This document shows positions 1 to 12,316 of a DNA stretch of 64,000 nucleotides, in pieces. The DNA comes from Paecilomyces variotii (lineage: Eukaryota). Positions within the stretch are counted from its first letter, which is position 1, and each line of letters opens with the position of its first letter. The position numbers and the translations under genes are program-made. Under the pieces are notes generated by a model. The model was not told the origin of the DNA. It made no database searches and was given only the letters and a program-made list of their open reading frames with translations. The stretch lies in assembly GCA_004022145.1 (NCBI GenBank), contig RCNU01000011.1. One strand, written 5' to 3'.

Positions 1-66
1 TAAGTTCGCAACATCGTGAACGAACTGTTCCAGTACCGTGGCGCAATCCTCTGCACCGTGAGCCAT
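1..66 (-). CDS. yng2: ING-family chromatin protein Yng2 (NuA4 subunit), 5' end only; runs off the window
   Basis: Minus strand from ATG at 66 reads MAHGAEDCATVLEQFVHDVANL, matching the N-terminus of Pezizomycotina Yng2 (EDCAxVLEQFVHDVANLPAE). Not in the ORF track because it is truncated. Confidence 0.8.
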   Translation of the reverse strand, partial: MAHGAEDCATVLEQFVHDVANL

Positions 67-733
67 GACGGAGCGAGTTGTAAGTCTCAATGGCGCTTTG
101 ATTTTGGACTGTGACGCGACAATATCAAGGTGAACCCACTAAAGGGCCGATGTAATATGTAGTGTGTTATTCCCACCCTTTGGACAGCAAGTGGCGAAGA
201 TGGTTCGATGGCGGAGGGCGGGGAAATTGATGGATGAATCGCGGAGATGGAAATGAATTGAATGACTTTCTGGAGAGGCGTTTAACCATCACGTGATACT
301 GTATGCGCACGGACCATTCAGTAGGGCTGATCCATCAAGCCACATTGTGGCGCATGTAACATGTGGCTGTGTTACATTCCCATTAATTCCTATCAACGAT
401 GCTTTTATGGACAAGTAGAGGGAAGATTGAGAGTAACTTTGAAATAGATGCAGGTATGCGCTGAATGGACTATACAATATTATTTTGTGGCATTATTAAG
501 GTATCGTCCCCCACACTATACAGGACATGATATACACATTTCTCATATCCCATAGAAGCAAATGAACAACTCGTGATAAGCATCGTAGCTCATAAAAAAG
601 CAGGTCGATATGGAAGAACCGGCCCTTCCCTTGACGGTGCATATATCTCTCTTTTCGCTCCTGGCGATTGCGACTCGTAGAGCTTCACGTGCCATGGCCA
701 CAGACAATCGAAAATCCGAAGAGCTAGTTCGTC

Positions 734-1633
734 CTAGTTGGGAGACTTTGTCCCTTCCACAGGCGGCTTGATCCAGCCCTTTAGGCCAGCCTTCTGTATG
801 CCCCTGTACCAAACATTACCCATCTTCCGGTATCCCTCGTCTGTCGGATGGAGACCGTCCACAAGTTCCTTCGTTGTCAGCGCGTGACTGAAATCGACAA
901 CCATGACCGTTTTGCCCGCCCTGGCACGCTTCGCCACGACGCCTGGGACCGCCTTATTGTAGGTATTGATCCGAGCCATAGTAGTCGGGTTAGCTGCGGG
1001 GATGATCTTAGCTACTAGAACAGCGGCATCAGGGCAAGCAGCGACGATTTGATCGATCAGGCTTCCGAGACGCGCAGGGGCGCTATCCGGATCGTCTGGC
1101 TGGTTCATATCGTTTGTCCCAGCATGGACAAGAACGACATTTGGACGCATGGGTAATGAATAGTTCGCGTATGTGGCGATCTCGCTGATAACGGCACCGT
1201 TGTGTCCCTCATTCTGATTATCGCACATCGTCCCCGAGGATACGCTTCCGATCATATTGACCCTGTTTCCTCGGGACAGATCCTGTTCAAGTCTCCAGCG
1301 GTATCCGTTTCCATCGCTGCTCCTGTAACCGAATGTAATAGAATCACCTAACGGTAGGATCCGGAGGGGCGTGCCGCCGCCAATGGTCACCGTGAGATTG
1401 GAAAGTACCGCAGAGATAGGATTTGAAACATCGACAGCTTCACAGGCTGAAGAGGTCCGTGAGCCGATCCTTCTCACGTTTCGAATTGAGGGAGCGGACT
1501 CTGGCATACTGTCAGCGACCATGTCTGGTTGCGTGTCAAGGAATGAATGAATGTACTGTACTCATGCAGCACTAGGTGGGCACTCACCGCAAAACACTGT
1601 CAAGCAGCTTAATAAAACAAATGTATTATACAT
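734..1633 (-). CDS. Secreted SGNH/GDSL hydrolase (CE3-like esterase), 2 exons
   Basis: Motifs RILPLGDSITFG, NEGHNG, HAGTND and DGLHP. Upstream exon 1633-1588 (MYNTFVLLSCLTVFC, signal-peptide-like) joins in frame via the GTGAG...CCAG intron 1587-1525. Confidence 0.9.
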
Positions 1634-2768
1634 TATCAGCCAAGACATACTTGCGACGGGACAAGGAGGACAGAAGTAGAGGAAGGTCCGGACAGATGTC
1701 AGGGACCGATGTCAACTTAAACAAAGAGATCGCCATCTCCTGGACCCCTCCAGACTGCTCATTAGCCTTCCTTGCTTGGAAAGGGCGTACACGCATGCCA
1801 CATGGTACTTTTTCTCACGTAAGTATTCATTCCAGGACCGCGGTCTTTCGCGCCCTGTGCTAGCCTCTGGCGCGTACTGTGACACTTTCAATCAAGGGAT
1901 GGAACGCGATTCGAGGACAACGATTGAACTATTGACCACCTCCGCTCTCTAGCGCCTTGACGCAGTCCATCGGTGCAGTAAAATGGGAGTAAATCATCGC
2001 CGAGCTCTCCGAAGATCGACAGAGAAAATAAACTACGTCGATCAACAGGCAGTTTTACGGTGAGCGCGGGGCTTGTTTCGTGGACGCGAGCGATCGGTCC
2101 TTTTGTCCAAATCTCGGTGAACGCGAGCACGTGGAGGGAGATATGGCGACGATCACATCCTTTGGATGAATTATTACCCTGAGCTCAACTGGCAGTACTG
2201 TACCGGCCTCTAAGTAGCTATGGTAGAGTCCTACCCGGATTGCAAATAGGACGAGTAGAAAACGAGCCACAATGAAATTTGAGATTCCTGCTGCACCATT
2301 TTCCCGAATAGTCTTCGTCTAACTACACTGAATTCGCGGTGGAAAAGCTGATCATTCGGACAGATAAGATAGACCTGAGATCGCATGCTGATTGGATCTT
2401 GTCTGTTTGAACCATGCCAGGGCAAGATCCCAGTTCCAGACGGAAAAAGAGATGGAAATGGAATAGAATGCTTACCCGATCCTCCTGAACTTGGGCTCGT
2501 GCTTATGAGCCTATGCAGCAAGAGAGGAAACTGAAATAGGACCTTTGATTATTAGCTAAGAAATTATCCTTCAACTTCACTACTTAGTAGAGAATTGATA
2601 TCTACATTGCCGTCTCAGATAGCCTCTATGTACCAAATGGAATAAAATACAACGGGGGAGAGAAAAGTTGAGCGAGCTGATCCAAACACGAACCCGCCTG
2701 CTGTAACTCATAAATCATCGTGATACGTAGCAGCACTGTATTCATACATGAATCGATCAATCAATCAA

Positions 2769-5574
2769 TCATGCACGTTTCTTCCCAAGAGATTCTGGCG
2801 GCTCAAACTCTTCTGGCTCCGGGGCGACAAGCGATGATAAAAGAGTGGCATCCTGAGGAAGACCGTACGAGAACCAGTCGGGACTGACAGAGTCGATGTC
2901 CATAAGTGCTTCGTTTCCCCGCGCTGTTGCCGATGTTGATACAGAAGCTTGTTCCGGTATGGGAAATGACCATTGCGGCATGTCCAGGTCAGACGACAGG
3001 AAACCGACTAGTGGGACACGGTTTGCGTGGAATGGTGACTGCTGAGAAGGAGGAAGGTCAACCCATTCGGGACGAAAGATATCTTCTGCAGGGATGGCAA
3101 TGTCGCTTTGCGGTCGATTCAGACGTTGAGAGGGAGAAGGCTGCTTGCGAGATCTGTGTCTCTTGGCCGATGGCTCTGGTTGTTCCACTGACGCAGGCGA
3201 GGATAGATCGCTTATGTCGAACCCTCTTTTGGGAGCTATTCGTCGAATGAACCCGTCGCAAAGGGCGAAGGCACGTTGGTATGATAAACTTCGATTGGCC
3301 ATGTGGACGAGCCAGCGGTGCGCCTTCTTGGCGGCTGCTAAGACTGTCGAGAGCAGTGGTGCGTCGTCCATATTGTCGACAGATAGATGGATGAGGATAA
3401 TGACGGTTGCCTGCATGATATTATGTAGAATACACCACCATGGAGACAGCCGGAAGAGCCAAGCGACGTCAGGCTCTTCTGGCAAGAGGCGAATAAGTGA
3501 CAAAGCCGAATCGAGACAAACCTGCGCCATGTCATTGCCCAGCTTCGTGTGCTGGTTCTTGCGGTCGGATGAAGGAGACGGTTCCCTCGACTCTGGATGC
3601 GTAAGACATGGCCGAGTTAGGGTTATTTTAGCGCTGTAGTAGTTGATAGCAAGGCTGAAGCGTTCTTTTGTCCAGTCCTCCTTTTCAAATTGTTGGTCCT
3701 GCCCTTCTAAAGGGAACTTATAGACGTCTGGTACCTTGGAAAGCCAAACCTCCAATTTCGAGGAGAACCTGCTTATCCGCGAAACTGTTTGGGACCACCC
3801 ATCTCTTACTGCGTTGACGGTATAGACTGTGTTGAGCACCGCATGTGACACCAACGTTAAGTCAACTAGGACGAAGAAGTATAAGGATGGGTTGGGGATT
3901 AAGGTATTCAGATAGTCTGCAGTGCTTGCAGCCTCGACGCGATCCTCGAAGAGCGTGCCTTTAGGATGGCATTCACGATAGGAAAGTTTTTTATAGATTC
4001 CACGCGCGTCTGGCTGTTGATCGGAGTTCTCCTCGAATGGGAGAGGAGGGTCTGTGGAGGTGGCACTGTCGCTAATACAGGACACTCGCCCTGTACTGAC
4101 AGCAAGAAGGTGTTCGAGGCAATACAGAGACCACCATAAACACGAACGAGCCTGTTTGGACTCGTCTGTGGTTTTTCCATCGACGTTTCGAAGGTTTATC
4201 CCGAGCGCTATAGCAGAACGGATCGCCAGACCGGCTATATTCCAGGCTCTGGCGAGGTGTTAGTAGATCCGCACGACCGAGCTAGGTGAGTGTCAAAAAG
4301 AAAACTTTTCAACAGAAGCGATCTGCAACAGATAAGAGAGTGTTCCAACTCACCTGTTGACTTGACCAGACGCCAACAGATAAAGAGCAGTCAATGCCTC
4401 AACCTGAACCATTTGCAGATCAGCATGAGTGAAGAGCACATTATCACTCAGAGCCAACTTCCTGGCTCTTTGTAGATACACTGTATCTCCCCCCAGCGTT
4501 CCCTCTGACAGCTCGAAATACCTGAAACCAATGGCGAATATCATGTTCAAGATGGCTAGCCATTTGGCCCCAGGCTTCGACTCGGGATGTTTGAAGAAGT
4601 GTTGATATTGACAAATGAATGTCCTCTTTCGAATCATTGGAAATGAAGGATATACGTATTCGAGATACGTATAGAACAGCTTGTCGGCCGCTTTTTTCGG
4701 CGGCAGAGCGTATGGGTCCACGTCCTCATTACTCGCGATAGCGAGATCATCCAGATGATAGTTCATATTGGTGATCGAATACCTTTCGTCACTAGTTGGC
4801 AGTTCCTGGTGAATATGCCGATTCTGATCCTTGGGGAGATCGTGACCTTGTGCCCCCGTCGCTGGGTCGTTGTCATGCTTATCAGCTTCTGCTTCAAGTC
4901 TCTTCATCCATGTGACCTCAGAGTTCTTGCCCATAAACCCCGTAGCTCTTGTATTTGCGCTTCGGTTCAGATCCTCTTCCACGATATCAACCGCGTTGAG
5001 GGAACCGAGAGAGGAAGATGAGGTGTCCGAATCCTCCGGGTCGCTCTCCTCCCCTCCCTTTGGTGAACTAAGTACTTCTGAAGACTTTTTCTCCCCAGGC
5101 CTGTCAGAAAGAAAGGGAAAAAAGAAGAAAAAAGAAAAAAAGAGAAGGTCAGAAGGGCTTAATTCAGATTCCTACCTTCAAGACTCTTCGTATCCGCCTT
5201 GCGACATGATCGTCTACCTCCTCTGATATTTCGCGCATGAATCTCTCATATTGTTCGACCTTGCGAGTAAGTGACTCGAGTTGTCTCTGCTCCCGCACCC
5301 TTTTCCCTTCTGAATACGCACAGTGGAGATTCAGATCCAGACACTGCCTGCAGGATGGGGTTTCCGCAGTGCATTTGATCTTTCGCTGCCTGCATTGCTC
5401 ACAGGCTCGAGGCGCTCGACGGCGGCGTTGCATCGCGGGTCCAGAAGTCGATATGCGCGGTATTGCGACCTTTACACCCATCCTGTTTTCCGGCGGAGAG
5501 AATGCAGATGTCAAGGAATGACTACTGGACGGGGGATGTACCGGGTCATTGCTCGACCCTCGACTCTGCGCCAT
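2769..5574 (-). CDS. Zn(II)2Cys6 transcription factor with fungal-specific TF (Fungal_trans) domain, 3 exons
   Basis: ACEQCRQRKIKC-x6-CRQC-x6-C binuclear cluster; middle region with GFMGKNSEVTWM, VYPSFPMI and RAWNIAGLAIRSAIALG. Introns at about 5175-5085 (acceptor uncertain) and about 4353-4249. Confidence 0.9.
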
Positions 5575-7859
5575 ATGGGAAGGACGCTGACTCGGTTATG
5601 GAAAGAAAGGTGGCCTTTCGAAGGAGAAGAGGGTCGTCTGAATACATGTTCGGGGACATCTCGCATCAGTTCGGCCTTCACACGTCTGGCAGTTATTTAT
5701 CAGGGCCGGCCGTTCGCCCATTATTGTCCGGGCCCATCAATAGCCAAAATGCATATCAATAATGCGAAAAGAAGCGGCTTCTCCACAAAAGCCATCACTC
5801 GAAGAGGGTAGATTGATGTCATGACACCCCGCAGCACGAACATTCTGAGGGCCGGATATTATATACAGGCCATCCGCGCGAATAATCTACTCCCACGACA
5901 GAGCGGGAAATGATCATCATCCGAGGCACAGTTACAGAGATTCCCATTGGCGCTGTGCTTCTCGCCTAGAAAGACGAGTTCTCCCCTAAGAGTGCCAACC
6001 TTCATTTCAGACTCCTGGTACCTAGGATATAAGTAGAGCTGCTTTAGCAGATGCGAAGTCAGATAGCAAATACGCTCGAGAAGAGGATGCAAATCCGGAG
6101 CCCTTGTCGCGACATTAAGACTATGCCTACGAGAAAAAGATACAATATGTATAATTTCCCGAGCAGCATTTTGCCTTATTGTGTTACTCCTAACGGTTGT
6201 GGGATTTGATCGCGTCCTGAATTCTTCTTCATGGCCTCAGCCGCTTATCATCAAAACCTGGCATAAAATGCATGAAAACGTTTGTGCAGTGGCAGGGAGC
6301 ATCGTAACGTCACCTACGTGATGAAGCTCATTAACTATACTCATTGCTTTTTATTATATCTGTAGTTAAGCTTCCCAATTATTATCGACGATTTCGCCAG
6401 TGCGGGAGGGAGATCCACGTACTATTATGACTTCCATAAGAGAACAATATGATGACACACCGTTATACCGTAACTACCTAACTACCCCTCATTAATAAAG
6501 TTTGATAATAGTCAAAATACTCGGGGACGACCCGACAGCATTCGCCACTCCCAGATGTGATGATACTTGATAGGAACCGTAGGATGGTTCGACCAGGGGC
6601 AGGTCTAGCGAGTCCGAATATATGGTAATATCAGCCTGTGATGGATGACGATAGACAATGACATGAATATAGACCCACAGTACAGAGAGTACCTGGGAAC
6701 AGGTGAGTTCGACCTGCAGAGCTTTTCCCTTAATGGTATTGTCATAGCTCAGTGCGCTGGTATCTGGGATCTGCATCTTACCCAGGGTATCGGCACCAGC
6801 TGCATTACACAGATTGTGAAGGTTCAGCAATCTCGAAGTTTGCATCAGCGCGCACGATCTCTTCGTCAAAGTAAACGGCCTTCTATACATGATTCAGACC
6901 TCGCAGCCTTGACATCTGTCCATCACAGATTAGATAATTCCTGGTGGGCATGGCTTAGGCCTGATGTAGAGATACTCCCTCCATTTTCGTCACACTCGGC
7001 TAGGAAAAGGACCATATTTCGGTTCCTACTGCAGCCTTTTGACGTAAGCGCAGCCCTACAGCCTGAAAGCGGACACGTACTCTTCGGTGGATTCTGCTTT
7101 GTTGGGATTATTTGGATGCTCATTATTACCATAGAGCCTGTCTTTAGGCGAGACGACGTTCGCGGGCCAGGAACGTGATGACATCATTGGAACATGCGCT
7201 CTTTGCTCTTCTGGACACCGCAAGAAACACAAATGCGGTATCTGGATGCGAAATCCATTCTCTTTCGTTGCCTCTTCTTGATATGCGGTTTATTGAAAAT
7301 GCCACGGATTATAACGAGGGGATTGTTCTCGCTGGGATAGCTGATAGATAAGTATGGTCCGTGTGTCGGAGCGCTTATCGGCGGCTTCTTATCCCCGCAG
7401 GAACAGGCTCACTCATAAGACGGCCTTGGCCTGTACTGTCACACTGTGTTATTATTGATGCTCTTCAAGAGACCCTCCTGGTCTCAAGGTGTCGCTTCCA
7501 GAGACTGAGGGATGGGTAGAATCGGAGGTGAACTCAAGGGGCCATTAACTGGGATTTCTATCTCGTTGAAGGATTCAGTGAAAGCTAACGGTTCTGAAAT
7601 CACCTGGGGATATAGTTCCTTCGCGTAAAATTCCTATAGAGAAAATGTTTAGAGTGTCTTTAGCCTATGGCTCGTACCTTGAGCAATCTCACACATGGAC
7701 GCCGTAGAAAGAGCTCTGGAGAATTACAAAGGAAACTACGGGAGAGGGTGGAAAGTACCAGTTATTGGAGGTGGATTAACTTATATCTGTCCCGGAAATA
7801 GGAAGTACACGTGAAATCCAAACACCCTCCGTTAGTTCTGACAGACCCATTACACCAAC

Positions 7860-10155
7860 TCACAGCATATACCCTGCTTTGACGCATCTGGGCTCCCACA
7901 GCTGGCTATCGTCCTGAAAAAAAGGGGGAGGACGACCCCCAGGAGGACCAGGTCTTCTATCGTAGCCATTTCCTGGTCGACCGTAGCGAGGATGGTTATA
8001 GTGGGGAGGCCCTTCGTTCCTAGAATCATGAGAATCCGACGTTCTAGTTTGGAGCCACATGAAGGGCCACATCGGGATGAAACCTATAGCATCTATGGGT
8101 CAACACAAACATAACATGGAAAGCGAACTGCAGGACCAATGACTACTCACATGTCTCATCCCAGTGACATTTATTCTCGCAGCCTGTCCATTGATCTGCC
8201 CACCCGAGCCATGCCATGAGCTCTTCGACATTTTCTTTCCATTTGAGAATGTTCTTTCTCAATGAATGACTGGCGAAGGTCGGATTTCCGCTTTCTTCTG
8301 GTTCTATGATTCTCCTCGCAGAATCAAAATGACGGAACCATTCTCGCTCAGTGCCGAATCCAACATCGATAATGGTTCGGCAGATGTTGTCTAAGGTGTC
8401 TTCCACGGCTGATTTCAGTAGCGATTCTTCTGGATTGAGGTATGCCATTTGATCAGGTGCTAGGAGGCGGGTATAATGGAATTGACATCGTGAGTGTGTT
8501 TCTTTAGCCAGAGATGATATAGTTGACCAGGTATCATCATCAACGCGTCGAGGGTCAGTGGGGTATTCGAAATACGGGACTAGCAGAGTATGCGTGTTAT
8601 GTCTGAGCATCATCATCCATTCTTGTAAAGCAGTCTGGTTGCTGATATTCATTTGAACTCCGCCGTCAAGTATCGACTTTAATTGACGGAGTCTTGTGTT
8701 ATATCTCTGAACAATTTCTTCTGCAACGGTGGACCAGTCCGTCCCAGAGCAGTCCGATGTGACCTTGCGATCAAGACCGTGGCGGTCGTCATATCCCAGA
8801 TTTCGCAATGCCTTTCCCGCTGCATAGTTCATAATCAACGCGTCGCTCTGGGTGATGTTATGAAGAAGATGGCTCCGTCGTCTGATCATTAGCTCCCTCA
8901 AGGCACGTTCTCGAGTCCCATTATTTCCAGGACCAAGCCAATAGCCGTCTTCCGTGAGATTTAACTTCTTTCTTTCTGAGGAAAATCGAGCAATCTGCTG
9001 TTCTGCAAACTGCGATGAATAGAAACTCAAAAAGCCGCAGGTCATCAGTTTCACTCGAGTTTCTCCCCTGCCTGGTCCCATGGCTGACGAGCCATAGTGC
9101 CAGGTAGCACTCTCGAACCAGCCCCAGGTCTGGCTTTCCAGGAACGGTTCCTGATTTTCTCGACGCCAGTTTGGTGGCCTCGGTGGATCAGGAGGATCCG
9201 TGGAATGATCGGGGTTATGAGTCTGGGTCGGTAGCGGGTAGTACGAATTTGATGGTTGAGTTTCAACCTTATCAATATTCCTATCCTCGATATCTCTCGA
9301 CGAACCGAATCCATATGCTAACTGACCCGAACCGTCCGAAAGAAGTGGTGCAGTAACATTCAGCTTGCTCATCAAACGGATTGATGGACTGATGAAATTG
9401 CACCATATCAGTTCAAAGCCGGCGTTCATCCGGACAATGCCTTCCACTCCCCACCCGAGACCTCCAAGTCCACGATCTTGCACCCAGTTGCAGATGCTCG
9501 TGGCACGGGAATACTCATCGAAAAGCCCTCTCCAACGACCCTTATTTGGAGGGCCTGTCAGATTACCATAGATAAAGAGATCCAAGGAGTCCATCCGACC
9601 GGTTCCCATCAAGGTGGCAGATTCACCATCGAAGTAAAGGCATCCTACGGGCCGAGTTGTCTGGTAGGTCAGCAAATGTGAATTGCGGTCTGATCCCATA
9701 ATTCCATAGGACATCTCGCTAGAAATAAAATAAATCAGTAGATGTTCCTTCAGCTTATCCAAAATAATGGTTAATTCACAAATGATCCGTATACAAGGAC
9801 ACATGCACATTCAGTCAACTTACACATCAAAGCCAAACCACTCCGGACTGGGAGGAGTGTTCGAGTCTCTTCTGCCATGATACAGACTGGTATAGGCCGG
9901 GATCTTGAATGTATTCGGCCACTCCTGCAGGAGACCGTGAAGAGAGGAGAAGATATGTGGTGCTGAAGAAGTGAAGTTAAATTTTAATGATCCTTTATCA
10001 TTCTCGATTTGCTTGTCGTAGTTATGCTGGGTTTTGATATCCTGAAACACGACCTGCTGGCTTGCCACGGCTACGATCAAGGAGAGCAACATAGCCCGCA
10101 TAGGCATCAAGGCACCCATCGTGAGTGGTCGTCTGCTATCACCGCATTTTTGCAT
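7860..10155 (-). CDS. Uncharacterised secreted fungal protein, YOR389W-like family, 3 exons
   Basis: Signal peptide (RAMLLSLIVAVAS); family-like motifs HIFSSLHGLLQEW, LYHGR, PEWFGFD, LYFDGESA, EGIVRMNAGFELIWCNF and C-terminal CxWDETCFIPMWP formed across an intron. Introns 9823-9719 and about 8150-8087. Start ATG may be 10155 or slightly downstream. Confidence 0.75.
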
Positions 10156-10717
10156 CTAATATAATAAACATGTCGATAGCTGCTATTATTCGATTATCTT
10201 TGGGTCAAGCAGAATTCTCTCCTTGCCTTGTTTCCTTGGTGCGACTAGTTGACGCGTCAGCCAATCGCACCAATCAGCAACTCGGGATAATCCTTCAACA
10301 AAGGTATAGGCACACAAGAGCTATAGTATAGGAGGTACTTAAAGATCACTTGAAATAAGAGATTAGACAAGATAACAATAGATTGTGCTCGGTATGTCTG
10401 TATACCCAAACCCCGTCTCGCGAATGAGACCATCTTATAACTGCAGTTCTTGCAGGAATGCTTTGATGTCCTTAGTTTAGATAAGAGATCTCGAGTATAC
10501 TTAATCGGCATGTGCTAATATGAGTGGAATGTCTATATAGTTACCAATTAGTTAACTACGTCCCTAGGATTTGTAAGCTGCCCACAAAAGGAGTTCCCAA
10601 CCTTTGAGAGGACCGGCAACCACAACCTTTCATTGTGCTATCCACAAGTGTTTGGAGTGTGCGAACCAAAACATTCTGTGAGTTTGTAGTTATCCACATT
10701 ATTTTTGAACAGTGGAT

Positions 10718-11482
10718 ATGGTGAGACCTGACGCCGACGATGTCGGTGACGATAACTGGTATCGCATACAAGACCCTCGTCTTCGAAAGCGGGTGCAAGA
10801 TCGGCTAGCCCAGCGAGCTCGGAGTCAGTAACATTGTCGCTCTTTCTATTTCCTCGTGCTGTGAGCGAGATAGCTAATGTCAGGCTCAGGACGGCGACTG
10901 GCGGAGTCTAAGAAGAGAGATGGCTCTACAAGGCAGTCATCATCGTCATCGAAAGATAGCATAAATGACACGGAACACAGATCTTTATCGATAGAGATAT
11001 ACCGTCCGAGTCCCGCTGTCACTGGTGGGTCACTGCAGGATCAGGACTTACTGGAAGTGCCACGCTCGCCTAGCTTTTGTCAGGTCTTGATCCCAACGTC
11101 TGATCCCTCCAGAAGAGTATGCAATCAAGTCCCCATCACGGTTTATGCCGCACTGTGGGAGAATGGCGCTATGATGGGACTTTCTTGCTCGACGAGCGTA
11201 CCAGCACGATCGTCCTCTGCGGGAAGCCATATCCCTGAACCGTTACAACCGACGTCATTACAACTGACGACAATACATCCTCTGTGGATTGATAGGTTCC
11301 CTTTCCCACGTATGCGCGACAACACCATTATGCTACTAGGCCTCATTCAGGAAGACGACTTTCTCCGCGATCTATTCTGTATGGATAGTTTTGAGATAAA
11401 ACCAGGTGGTGCACCCTGGGATCCTACGGCATGGAAAATTGGAAAGAACTTCCAAGAAAAATGGGGCTATTTGTTCTATTAA
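10718..11482 (+). CDS. bZIP-like/DUF3425 domain protein (putative regulator), 2 exons
   Basis: Exon 1 from ATG 10718 reads MVRPDADDVGDDNWYRIQDPRLRKRVQDRLAQRAR (basic region); GTCAGT...CTAAT...CAG intron; C-terminus has DUF3425 motifs LQPTSLQLTTIHPLWIDRFPFPRMRD and PWDPTAWKIGKNFQEKWGYL. Confidence 0.85.
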
Positions 11483-11506
11483 GCCTGATTCTCGATTTGC
11501 AAGGCT

Positions 11507-12316
11507 TTAGAGTCCGACAATAGCCTTTTCAACTGCTTTGGCCAGTTCCTCAGGCATACTGGCATTGGGACAGTGGCCTGAATCCAGGAAGATCGTCGGC
11601 ACCGGTTTACCGGATTCTTTCTCCAACAACTCGATGCATCCTCTCTGGTACTCTGGGGGAAGAGTTTTGTCTTTCTCACACACGATATATACCACCGGAA
11701 TGAACTTGTACGCCGCATAGGTCAACGGTCCAGAAAAGCTAACTGCTGAATGATGCGGCATCATTTCGGTGACCTGGACTGCTTCCTCGGGAGGAAGATC
11801 AGAGAGGACAACTTTTGCCGCAGGGACAGGATCCAAGAACAAGTAGTCGCCCTGTTCCAACACATTATTTGTATTGATTGTCAACGAGAGAAAGAAGCGA
11901 CGCACCTTGGGGGTCATAAAATCAGGCACCATCCCTGAAGGACTCGCCTTTCCTACTTCAGTGACGATTGATGTCAAGTACACAAGCTTAACAACTCCGC
12001 CCTTTCTGCCTTGGGTCTCACGATCTGTCTTTGAGAGACCCTTTGCGCTTTCGTTCCCAACCATGCCGCCGTATGAATGGGTGAGGATAACGACACTTTT
12101 GTCTTGATCGCACAGCCTCTCGATGATCTGATGGAAGGCAGCCGCATCCTCTTCCATAGTGGCTCCAGGTTGCGGCGGCTTGCATATGACAGACGGCAGT
12201 TCGCCAATAATGGTCTCGTAACCGAACTTGCGCAGATTCTCGGCTAAAGGCTCATAAAGAAAGGCGGGGGAGAAAGATCCAGGAACGATCACAATGGAGG
12301 GCTTAGTGGGAGCCAT
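11507..12316 (-). CDS. Alpha/beta hydrolase (Abhydrolase_6, methylesterase-like), 2 exons
   Basis: IVIVPGSF, nucleophile motif THSYGG, CEKD acid and SGHCP histidine. Likely ATG at 12316 (MAPTKPS); 54-nt GTGCGT...AACAG intron 11905-11852. Confidence 0.88.
   Translation of the reverse strand: MAPTKPSIVIVPGSFSPAFLYEPLAENLRKFGYETIIGELPSVICKPPQPGATMEEDAAAFHQIIERLCDQDKSVVILTHSYGGMVGNESAKGLSKTDRETQGRKGGVVKLVYLTSIVTEVGKASPSGMVPDFMTPKVRRFFLSLTINTNNVLEQGDYLFLDPVPAAKVVLSDLPPEEAVQVTEMMPHHSAVSFSGPLTYAAYKFIPVVYIVCEKDKTLPPEYQRGCIELLEKESGKPVPTIFLDSGHCPNASMPEELAKAVEKAIVGL

Noticed and set aside
1888..2521. Three overlapping short minus-strand ORFs that might be a frameshifted gene relic
   Set aside because: Only a faint resemblance to acetoacetate decarboxylase-like motifs; not convincing without a search.
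6492..7178. 177-aa plus-strand and 132-aa minus-strand ORFs
   Set aside because: No recognisable domain or consistent splice structure; cannot be supported as genes.
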